From Heterodontus francisci (Eukaryota), in NCBI RefSeq assembly GCF_036365525.1, contig NC_090375.1, positions 199,011,864 through 199,075,863 of the forward strand: a stretch of DNA of 64,000 nt, read 5' to 3'. A program made the position numbers and the translations under genes. Below, in pieces: positions 37,493-48,611 of the stretch; the stretch's first letter is position 1; the number at the start of each line of letters is the position of its first letter. The notes under the pieces are model-generated. The model had not been told where the DNA came from, ran no database searches, and saw only the letters and a program-made list of their open reading frames with translations.

Positions 37493-38036
37493 ATAGACTT
37501 GTAGGCCTCACGAAGGATGATAATGCAAATAAAGATATTCAGAGACCATTCAAAACTTGAATTAACAGAAATTCCCCATTGTGTGACAATGACTTGGCCA
37601 TCAAGCTGCCTGCAGAGACAATGTACAGAGGGTAGGGTCATATCTGCTGTAATCTGATTACTATATACCAATCAAGAAGTGACAATGTACAGAAGATGAT
37701 GAGGTTAAACCTGACCAAAGGATTAAGGTGGACTAAACCCAATATGGAAGGAAGGAACCCTCAGAGGAGTCCATAAATGACAGGTGCTGGGACAACTCGG
37801 GGCGCACTGATTCAAGAAACCAACTTACAGTCATCAGAACACCTCAAGAAAGAAGATGGCACCACAGCAGCTCGGAAGGACACCCTATATTCTGCTGTAT
37901 AACTACTGCCGTTGGTTAAGTATTGCTTGTACATTCTTGCTGTACTTAATAAACTCTCTAGCTCAAGAAACCAGAGTTTGTACCTTGTGGGTCAAAAGTT
38001 AGTCAACATCCCACCAAAACACACAAAAATCTTACA
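37493..38036 (+). repeat. 5' LTR, first ~340 bp missing
   Basis: Roughly 90% similar by eye to 44487-45035; AATAAA at 37948; ends CTTACA. Confidence 0.9.
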
Positions 38037-38039
38037 AAT

Positions 38040-38057
38040 TGGCACCCCAGATGGGAC
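38040..38057 (+). other. Primer-binding site, tRNA-Arg(CCT)
   Basis: TGGCACCCCAGATGGGAC lies 3 nt after the LTR; complementary to the ...GTCCCATCTGGGGTG-CCA 3' end I recall for vertebrate tRNA-Arg(CCT). Confidence 0.8.
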
Positions 38058-38213
38058 AAGGTGACTAGTTAAAACCAAACTTCTGGTTTTTGTTGAGATA
38101 GAGTCTCAGACATTTGCCTGGCCAGCGTTTGATCTAGGAGGGGGAACCTGTGTCAGGCGCATGCCAGTACATTTTAATGATTGGCAGTAGTTGTCTTCTT
38201 TCAAAGCATAACC

Positions 38214-39950
38214 ATGAAAGACAAACCCGTGTTTAAGGCTTTTCAAGCCAAGCTAGATAGAGTTAAAACACAAGACGTACAGGTCCTGCTCACAGAATGT
38301 TTTAATAAAACTAAGGAGTGTGTTCCTTTTGAGGACATAGTTAAGTTTATTCAGGAATGGGTTAATGAAAAGAAGTTGAAGGTAGATAGAGCCTTCAAGC
38401 TCATCTCTTACACGGCATCATATTGTACACAGAGGGATGACCAGTTAGTCCAAGGAAAGGACAAATTAATACAGGACCAAAAGGGTCAGATTGATGCATC
38501 AATCCAGGGTCAGCTGGTGAGTGCATCAGCAGTAATTCAGCAGCAGTTTGTGACTGCTGTAAGGCAGGGAATGATATGCAGTCTTTTGAAAATTCCAAGC
38601 GAGGCTTAGATATTAAGAGTGAGGAGAATAAAAAACATAGCCGGCGGTTAGAAGACTCACGTGGTGCTCTGAGGGAAGCCTTTCAGCAGTCCCACCGGGA
38701 GACAGACCACCGACAGTGCCGTCTGAAAATCAAGGAGTTGGAGAGTAAATTTGGGGAAACAGCAAGCACTTGTATCTGCTGTTCCCCTCGGTAATCCAGA
38801 GTATGCTGATCGCTCAGAGGTTGAGTGGGGTTCCTTAGAGGTGATAGCCTCAAAGTACCACTCGGGTGAAGACCCACAGGGTCCAGGACCTCCCCCCCCC
38901 CCCCCCGCCCCCCGCAACCCCAACCTTCCTGTTAATGTGGTGGTGGAAACTCGTGTTTTAAATTAAGCAGGACAGCAGACTGGGACTAACACCAGATCCC
39001 AGCCCCTAAGCCCCAATGATTTACAAGCCTGCATCCACGCGTTGGGCTCTATTAAAATTGGGACCAGTCCAGTCGAATTCAGAAATCACATCCAGACTTG
39101 GAGAAATCATCACTCCGAACTTGAGGATGCTGATGTTAAACGTATAATCCTGTCAGCGATTGATCAAGGTGTCCAACAGGGTCATCCTTTTGCTGCATTT
39201 AATGTACAGACCACTTTAAATGACCTTTTGGGGCAAACTCAGTTGGGGATAGATAACATAGATCTGGGTGCTAAACTGCAGCAGACAAAACAGGGCCCCA
39301 CGAGCCCCCTGCCACGTTTGGTCAACATTTATACACTGTTTATAAAATGATGCAAGGCTGCCCCAGTGTCAATAATTTGGATGGGAAGGTTGAGGCCCCA
39401 TTGAAGAAACAATTTCTGAACAACTTATAGCCTACCCTACGAGCCGCAATAGGTCAGTGTTGGCCATGTTACTCAGTGGGCTCAGTTGCTCCGGAGTGCT
39501 GAAAGCACTTGGACGTTTGCCAAAAGCCAAACCACCACAGAGGATAACCCTGTCTGAACTGTAGAAGGACCCAAAATTACCCCTTCAGCCCCTCCATTTA
39601 GAAGCATGGGGCCATGTCGCAGTTGTGGCTGAACAGGGCCTATAGCTCGGGACAGTCGAGCCCTTAAACGACAGCAACTTCTGGGGGCTGGAAGCCAGCG
39701 ATCTAATGCTGGGTGGACTGACCTTTTTCCCTATTCACCTGGGGGACCAAATGCCCTTGAAGCTAAGATGGACACCTCAGCAAATAATTTGGAACAGCTA
39801 GAAACCTGGATAAATTGTCCACCATAATGCAGAACTTCATCTCCACACAACAGGGCGGCGGCCCAGTGGCACAAACGTCTTTCCACCCACTCCAAGAGCA
39901 GGGAAATAACCTGCTCTGATGGGATCAGGCCCCTCATTTATCATTTGAAG
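38214..39950 (+). pseudogene. Retroviral gag, frameshifted
   Basis: ORF pieces 38181-38609, 38751-38966 (proline-rich), 39042-39350; degenerate knuckle GPCRSCG*TGPIARDS near 39610-39660. Confidence 0.65.
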
Positions 39951-39959
39951 TGGCGTTCA

Positions 39960-42900
39960 GACGAGATACGAACAGAAGTCCAGTGATTCCTGTGTTGCTG
40001 CCTGGGGGCCAACAGCAAATGATGCTTGTGGACACTGGATCCTCCGTGACCATCATTCACTCACCACACCCTGAATGCCAGGCTGCAGTGAAGAAGGGTT
40101 GCTTTTCGATTACGGGGTAACCTGAGCTCAAGCTTTGGTGTATCCAGGATCGGCTATTGACCTCTTGGTTGAACAAATTATCATATCAGTCAAAGAAGCT
40201 TTGTTTATGTGTATGAGGGATGAATGTGGAAGTTTGGGTCGCGATGTTTTAAACCAAACAGGAGCTATTGTTGATTATAATCAGAGTTGTATTTGGTTTG
40301 GGACAGGAGGAAGTGAATTGATCAAAGTATTGGACGTTCATTCAGTATTTGCGATTAAAAAGGCTTGCCTGTTTGTGCTTCCTACACACTCTGACCAGCA
40401 GGTAATGTCAATCATTGAGCAGCATGCCCCAGTGTTTGTTAGATCCAAACATGACTGTGGACACTTAGAGGGCGAGGAACATATTAATGGCCCTCCCTAC
40501 CACCCTTGTAAGCAATATCCTATCCTCAGGCATAGTTTTCCTTGTGTACAAGAAGTTGTCCACTCCCTTCTTGAGCAGGGCATGTTGTGCATGGGTACTT
40601 TTACGACCAATTCCCCAATTTGGCCTGTTTGGAAACCCGATGGCTCGTGGAGACTAACCATTGATTACAGAGCCTTAAACAAAGTGAGTCCGAGGCAAGA
40701 TCACATGGTCAGCAAGGCACCAACACTCTGATCCAGTCTCCCTCCCAGGGCACAATTCTATTCTACTTTGGACAATGCTAATGGGTTTTGGAGCATCCCC
40801 GTTGCTGAAGATCAGTATAAGTTTGCATTTACTTTTAAAGGTCAGGGGTACACGTGAACGTGCCTTTCTTAAGGCTTCCACAAATCTCCATCGATTTTTC
40901 ATGCGCGAATGGTTCAGATCCTGAAAGAATTTTCTAAGCCCGAGTGTCTTTTACAGTATGTTAACGACTTTTTATTAGCCACAGAGGCTTTAGATGATCA
41001 TCTGGATCTCTTGGACGAGCTCCTCACCCTGCCAGAGAAAGCCGGTCTCAAAGTCAACCCGAGACGACTCAACTGGTCAGAAAGGAAGTTAACTTCCTGG
41101 GTTGCAATGTCTCAGCTATGGTTTTCAGCTCTGACCAACACAAAGTAGAGATTATTCTACGACTCCCCCTACTGGTTTCAAAAACCTCCCTACGGTCACT
41201 ACTTGCTAAACCACTGTATGATCTATTGAAGGAGGACAATGATGACATTACCGAGGCATGGTCTGCTGAACACACCGCCTCAGTAGAGAAACTCAAACAA
41301 GCGGTCCGACAGGCAACCCACCTGCTAGCCTCTGATCCAACCCAGCCCTTTCACTTAGAGATAGGAGCAACAGACTGAAGCCTTAAGCAGTACACAGCCA
41401 AGAAAGAGGTGGAAGACTCCAGCCTATTGCCTATGCATCTTGCATCCTGCAGGGGGCAGAAAATACCTATTCTGCCTGTGAGCACCATCTGCTGGCCACC
41501 TTTTGGGCTGTGAAACACTGACATTACTGGACTTCAGAACGTAATCTTGCATTCTCCGCACACACTATTGAACCTTTTAGTCAAACCCGGTGATACTCTT
41601 GCCTCTTCAAAGTAAATGGACTCTTGAACTCTTACAAAGAGACTTAGATATTACCCCAAGGCAAACCACCCCGTTGGCATTAATGCTAGTCTACCAAGGT
41701 CACCCATACCAGTGCCGGATCTCGTTGGTCACCCAATGCTGCAAACTCCCATCCTAGACGCCCAGAAAGCCTATGTCGATGGATCATCATATCATTTGGA
41801 TGCATCCCCTCTCACCGGATGTGCTGTTGTCTTACCAGATCAGACCCTGCAGTTCAAGGTCCTCAACCCACTCGTCACAACAAGCGAGCACATTGCATTC
41901 GTGGTAGCTGTCAAAATTACTGCATCTACCCCCACAAATATGTAGTTGGATAGTAGTTATGTGTGCAATGCGGCCCTTGCTCTCCCTCTATCAAAAAATC
42001 TCGTACCGCTCCTCAGATAGTAAAGCACTCTTGCATGCAGATCTAATCCACACCCTGCAGAACCGTAGTGCCCCTTGTCACATTGGTAAGGTTAACACCC
42101 ACAGGAAAGACTCCTCAGCCCACACCCGAGGCAACAATCTTGCTGATCGGGTGGCAAAGGAAGTTGCCTTGATCGGGGAGCCTGTACCCGAGTGGATAAC
42201 CTCATCCTCCCTTCCTGTCGGTATGGTGGTTACTGCCCTGCTCAATTTAACTGACCTCCAGAAATCACACCCACTCTACTCCCAGGTCATAGAGCGGCAC
42301 CTACAGGGTGCCTGTCTGCTTGGGCTGTGCAGACCAGCTTACAAGATCAGGGCTCTACTCCCCTCCTGATGGCTAAAAACACACAGGGTGAGTGGGTTGT
42401 TTGCATACCCCCCCGCCCCCCCCCCTTTGTGATGAGATGATATACCTCTCCCATTCTCGCCCCACTGGTAGACACTGTTCCACTCAGACTACTTTAAATA
42501 ACTCTCACAGGTTGGATGGTGGCCCAACATGATCTCGCATGTTGAACGGTACATTAACAGGATGCTTGCCATGCCTTCAGATGAACCCACCACCACCCCC
42601 CACCCCCCCAATACCAATCGTGCCTTTTTATGTTCGCAACTACCCTGAGGGTCCCTGGACACACATTCAGATTGACTTCATTTGCCCTTTAACCAAATTA
42701 TCAGATAACTACTCTTATATACTAGTAGTCATTGATCAATTCACTAAATGGATTGAAGCCTTTCCATGTGGCAGTCATACAGCTCTGACTGCTGCCAAAA
42801 CCCTATTGAGTGAGGTGTTCTGCAGATGGGGACAGCCCCTACAAGTGAATGGTGATCAGGGTTTACATTTTACGAGTGAATTTTTTTCCTCCTTACAGAA

Positions 42901-43714
42901 ATTGTTAGACATTAAACATAAATTGCACATTTCTCATCATCCACAATCATCAGGGATTGTGGAAAGGGGTAACAGAACACTGAAAACAAGGCTTTCTAAA
43001 TTTTGAGCAGAGCACCCAACCCAATGGGTTAACATGTTTCTGCTTTGCCTAATGGTTATTAGATCAACTCCACATAGGACCACTGGAATTTCACCATACC
43101 AGGCAATGACTGGTAGGCTGATGAGAATTCCAGGGCACCTGGCTTTGACAGGCACCACTCCACTAACCCGACAACCATGCAATCAAAAGTGGTTGGACAA
43201 TTTGGTAGATTACATGGGTGAGATTAATCGGACTGTGGCGAGGAGTTCAGGGGTATCAAAGAAACTATTTCAGAAGCAATTTGACAAAAGGGTCCAACCT
43301 TTCAAATATCAGATTGGTGACAAGAGAATGATTCAAAATTATAGCCCGAAGGAACATTCCTTTGAACCAAAATGGAAAGGTCCATTTAAGATTTGCCAAA
43401 GACTTGCCGGTTGATAGGTAAATTGGCCATTATAAATTGCCCCTAGTATAGGTAGGTGGTAGGGAAACATAGGGACAGGTGGGGATGAGGTAGGAATATG
43501 GAATTAATGTAGGATTAGTATAAATGGGTGGTTGATGGTCGGCACAGACTCGGTGGGCCGAAGGGCCTGTTTCAGTGCTGTATCTCTAAAAAAAAAGATT
43601 GTGGACAAATTAAATCCAGCTGTTTATTTGATCAGCATTCCCCTGGATAAGAGGTTGACCCTACTTGAACTTAAATGGTACCACATTAATCAGATGAAAA
43701 CTGTGAGAGAATAA
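39960..43714 (+). pseudogene. Retroviral pro-pol (protease, RT, tether, RNase H, integrase), disrupted
   Basis: MLVDTGSSVT (40022); NSPIWPVWKPDGSWRLTIDYRALNK; LDNANGFWSIP; LQYVNDFLL; PIAYAS..L.GAE..YSACE; AYVDGSS...GNNLADRVAK; IQIDFI, HHPQSSGIVER, WKGPF, KWYHINQMK. Confidence 0.9.
43394..43594 (+). mobile_element. 5'-truncated HE1 SINE inserted in the integrase
   Basis: TSD AAGATT (43388-43393 and 43595-43600); removal restores GPFKIVDKLNPAVY. Confidence 0.95.
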
Positions 43715-44096
43715 ATATTACTGTTAACAATGACCTCAAGGATCAGTTACATCAATATATGTCAGTAGATTTGGTTATGACATTCCCTCTTTTCCCAAAC
43801 ATCTGACGACCTATCCCAAAGAATCAATACATCCAACAAACACTTAAGTTCTGCAACAACAAAATGGGGAGATTAAAAAGGCGATCCCTGAGATAGGGGA
43901 TGACAGCCACTGGTAGGTCATAGGGTTAAAGATTGAAATACAGTCTTGGATCAGGATTATTAACCATGTCTTAGTAATTGCTCAATTGGTGATAATTCTG
44001 ATTTTGGTATGTGCCTCAAGCCACATCAGTGGAATGATAAAGAAATTGAGGATTGGACAGGAGACCATGAAAGAATATGTCCTCCTTAAGAGATAA
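43715..44096 (+). pseudogene. env C-terminal remnant (membrane-proximal region, TM anchor, cytoplasmic tail)
   Basis: Frame from 43863: NGEIKKAIPEIGDDSHW*VIGLKIEIQSWIRIINHVLVIAQLVIILILVCASSHISGMIKKLRIGQETMKEYVLLKR*. Confidence 0.6.
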
Positions 44097-44144
44097 TTTA
44101 TAAGGGATCAATGCCATCCGGCATTTCACCCCCATTGTGGGGAC

Positions 44145-45035
44145 TGTAGGAACTAAAGGGTTAACTTCTTCCATGCTTTATTTGTTGGATGAATCAATAT
44201 AAGTTATGATCTGATAAAACTCACATGAGATGCTATGGTTTAAATTAGAATGATTTCAAATGATGTTGCGGTTATGCTCAGGAATAGTTATACTTTGTGT
44301 AATATATCTTAATGTATTAGATTAGAACAAAGTTGTGGACTTTGTGTTTAGAATCATGTTAAATGTATATTGGCATACTGTAATTGGGAAATGGTGTTTA
44401 TTATAAAGCATAGCAGAAGCAGCGTTGCTATGAGACTGGATGTCCATTCTGCATTTCAACTAAGACAGACCCAGTCACAATAAGGGATAGACTTGTAGGC
44501 CTCACAAAAGATGATAATGCAAATAAAGATATTCAGAGACCATTCAAGACTGGAATTGACAGCAAACATTCCCCATTGTGTGAAATGACTTGGGCCATCA
44601 AGCTGTCTGCAGAGACAATGTATAGAGGGTAGGGTCATATCTGCCGTAATCTGATTATTATAAACTAATCAAGAAGGGACAATGTACAGAAGGTGAGGTT
44701 AAACCTGACCAAAGGGTTAAGGTGGATTTTAACCCATTATGGAAGGAAGGAACCCTCGGAGGGAGCCATAAGTGGCAGGTTCTGGGACAACTCGGGGCGC
44801 ACCAATTCAAGAAGAAACCAAACAGAACATCTCAAGAAAGAAGATGGCGCCACAGTAGCTTGGAAGGCAAGGACTGAGGACACCCTATATCCTGCTGTTT
44901 TACTACTTCTGTTGGTTAAGTATTGCTTGTATATTCTTGCTGTACTTAAACTATCAATCTTGATTAAGAAACCAGAGTTTGTACCTTGTGGGTCAAAAGC
45001 TAGTCAACATCCCACCTAAACAGAAAAATCTTAGA
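44145..45035 (+). repeat. 3' LTR (~890 bp)
   Basis: Starts TGTAGG after gtggggac (PPT-like); ends CTTAGA (CA mutated); shares its distal 550 bp with the 5' LTR. Confidence 0.8.
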
Positions 45036-45712
45036 ATGTCACGAGGCTTCATGGGGTCCAGAGTCAATGTGGAGGACTCCCAGGGTAACTCCCCCCTGAC
45101 TATATACCACTGATGGGTCTGTCCCGTCAGTGGACAGGACATACCCAGGGATGGTGATGGTGGTGTCTGGGACATTGTCCGTAAGTTATGATTCCGTGAG
45201 TATGACTATGTCAGGCTGTTGCTTGACTTGTCAGTGGAACATCTCTCCCAATTTTGACACAAGCCCCCAGATGTTAGTAAGGAGGATTTTGAAGGGTCAA
45301 CAGGGCTGGGTGTGCCATTGTCATTGCTGGGCCTAGGTCAATGCCGGATGGTCAGTCATGTTTTGTTCTTTTTAGACTTTTATCTAGCAGTTTGGTACAA
45401 CTGAGTGGCTTGCTAGGCCATTTCAGAGGGCATTTGAAGAGTCATCCGCATTGCTGTGGGCCTGGAGTCACACGGAGGTCAGACCAGGGAAGAATGGCAG
45501 GTTTCCTTCTCCAAAATGGCATCAGTGAACCAGATGGGTTTTTAGGACAATTTGATGATGGCTTTATGACACCATTACTGAATTCCAGATTTATTAATTG
45601 AATTTAAATTCCACCAGCTGCCATGGTGGAATTTGAACCAATGTCAAGAGCATTAGCCTGGGCCTCCGGAATGCTAGTCCAGTGACATTACCACTATGCC
45701 ACCACCTCCCCC
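45036..45712 (-). mobile_element. 5' part of the tRNA-headed LINE (head, body and APE start), cut by the ERV
   Basis: Colinear with 16790-17487, including A/B boxes and KQQPDIVILTES. Confidence 0.85.
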
Positions 45713-46371
45713 AACCAGGTTAAAGAATTACTTGTTTTGGGGAAACATTTTCAGTGCTTTGCTCATTAACATTTAAGCACATTATTTTTAGGTTGTATGA
45801 ACAGTGACCCTTTTAAACAGGTGAAACACACGCTTTACAAAAAGGTCAAAGAAGGAGAAGGACAGGTAAATAGGTGGGAGGAAGAGAAAGCAAATCACTT
45901 TGGCAAAAGCCAATTTTGGCCCCCCCCCACAAAAAAATTATTGCTATAAACCAGTGATTCACAAACTGGTGTCCATGGATCTCTGGCGGTTCACAGAGAC
46001 TGTCCAAGGGGTCCGTGATGCAGGGCAGGCCAATATGTAGGTGATCTCCCAGGGTGCCATGGTCAAGAGTAAGTGAGCAAGTAGTGGTTGAAGGCGTGTT
46101 CTGCTCTCTCCAGGCTCTTGGTCTCACTGTGGTGTGCTTTCCCAAATTCTCCTGCTCTTCCCAGCTCCCCTGGTACTTTCTCCATGCTTTGCTCTCCCTG
46201 GGCTCCTGTCAATGACAGGCAGGCTCTACAGTGAGAAGTAGGTACACCCATCTGATATCTGTAAGTAAATACCTGTTTTCTTAAAAACATTATTGAAACA
46301 CTCTTTACATGTAAGACTTTTATAAGTATTATGTATAGTATCATAAGTTAGCTGGGGTGGGAAGGTGTGTG

Positions 46372-47900
46372 GTCATAAGAAATAGGAGTAGACCATATGG
46401 CCCTTTGAGCCTGCCCCATCATTCAATATCATCATTGCTGATCTGCCTCAACTCCACTTTCTTGCCCGCTCCCCATATCCCCCGAGAGGCCAAATATTTG
46501 TCGACCGGAGCCTTAAATATATTCAACAATGGAGAATTCACAACCCTCCGGGGTAGACAATTCCAAAGATTTGCAACCCTGAGTGAAGAAATAGCTCTTC
46601 AGTTCAAAATGATCAGTCCTTTATCCCGAGTCTGTGCCCATGTTCTAGATTCCCCGATCTCAGTGCCTACCCTGTCAAGCCCCTTCAGAATCTTGCATCT
46701 CCTCTCATCTTCTAAACTCCAGAGAATATAGGCCCAATTTACTCAGCCTCGTCATAGCAGGAGACCATGTTTCATCCCAGGAACCAATCTCATGAACTTT
46801 TGCTGTATCCCCTCCAAGGCAAGTACATCCTTTCTTAGATATGGAGGCCAAAATTAGCCACACTACTGCAGGTGTGTTCTCACTAAAGCCCTGCACAATT
46901 GTAGCAAGACTTCCTTATTCTTGTACTCCCCTCCCCTTGCAATAAAGGCCAACATGCCATTTGCCTCCCGAATTGTTTGTTGTATCTGCATGCCAACTTT
47001 GTGTTACACCCAAGTATCTGAACATCAACATTTAAAAGTTTCGTGCCTTTTAAAATATTCTGCTTTTCTATTTTTACCACCAAAGTGAATAACCTCACAC
47101 TGACACATTATACTCCATTTACCACCTTGTTGACCACTCACTGAACCTGTCTCTATTGCTTTGCAGCCTGTGTCCTCCTCACAGCTTACATTCCCACCTA
47201 GCTTTGTATCATCAGAATACTTGGAAATATTACTCGCTGTCTCTTCATTGAAGTCATTAGTTTAGATTGTAAATAGCTGAGGCCCAGCACTGATACTTGC
47301 CAGACTCCACTAATTACAGTCTGCCAACTTGAACATGCTCCATTTATCCCTATGCTTTGCTTCCTGAGCCTCACTTCTTTAACCAGAGTGGTGAGAACGT
47401 GGGACTCACTACCACAGGGAGTGGTTGAAGTGAATAGAATAGGTGCATTTAGGAGACAGTTAGATAATGAGGGAGAAGGGAATAGGAGGATTATTATGTT
47501 GAGAGAGAGTTAGGTGAGGAAGAATTGGAGGAGGCTCAAGTGGAACATAAACAGCAACATGGACTGGTTAGGCTGAATGGCCTATTTCTGTGCTGTAGAT
47601 ATTATGTAATTCTAGGCATCTGCTGTGGTGGGAGAATCTTGAATGAGGGCATAATCCTAAAATTAGAGCATGGTCATTCAGCATTTCTTCATACAAAGGG
47701 TATTGGAAATCTGGAGCTCCCTCTCCCTGAATGTTGTGGAAGCTGAGAGTCAATTGCAAATTTCAAGCCTGTGATCAACAGACCTTTTATTAGGCAAGGA
47801 TCATCAGGGGATTATGGAGCAAAGGCAGGTATATGGAATTGAGGTATAGATCAGCCATGATATACTTGTATGATGGAACAGGCTCAGGGGGCTGAAAGGA
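46372..47900. mobile_element. CR1 fragments (minus 46372-47365; two plus-strand 3' ends at 47370-47900)
   Basis: LSKLGLYSLEFRR on minus; cataagaaataggag tail; ttctttaaccagagtggtgagaac on plus. Confidence 0.75.
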
Positions 47901-48611
47901 TCAAGAGGAGCCAATCTAATAGTATCAATCAACAATTGTAAGGTTAGAATGAAACTAGAACACTAGAAAGATTAAGACTGTCAGGATGATTCAGTAAATG
48001 TATAGGTATCAGAGAGGTATAGGCGATTGGCTGAGCCCTGTGGGCTAGCAAGGTCCTGCTCTGTTTGCTGTTCTGTGCTGAGTAAGTAAATCTCACCCAA
48101 GGCCCTGGTAAGGTTACAATTGTCCAGTGTCTGAGTTAGGGTGTGTGGAATCCACTTGGATTTAATTTGAGTTCATTGAGCTCTCTGTATAATTCCCCTT
48201 GATCACAGCAGGTAATATAACTCAGGTCTGTTGGGCCTATCTAAATAGGTATGTGTAGTATGATTACATTCAATGTCTTCTACATAACGGGGTAATCACA
48301 AAACATTGCCTGACTTTGGGGTTGGGTATAGTTCATGCAAGTGGCCAGCAACCGAGGGAGTGCGCTGTTTTAGTTAGTGTGTAGAAAGCTCAAATTAAGA
48401 AAGATGATGTGAACAATTTATGTATAGCGTGAACTATTCAACCAAGTATTGAATTAGTGGAGGTGTCGGTTAAAAGGGGGGCTCCCCAATTCCCGCCTTC
48501 ATTTCACACGTTGTGGGTCATTTTTGTTGAGTGTACAATTTAAGGCTGTACGTTTTATAGCCATTTATTGAAAGAAGTAAAAGCAGAGAAAGAGAGACCA
48601 TGACTAGTGAA

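Larger units (their letters stand above)
37493..45035 (+). mobile_element. Decayed endogenous retrovirus (LTR-gag-pro-pol-env remnant-LTR), lokiretrovirus/spuma-like pol
   Basis: Paired LTRs, PBS, degenerate CCHC knuckle, DTG protease, RT, tether plus second RNase H, integrase with GPY/F motif, TM-encoding env tail. Confidence 0.85.
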
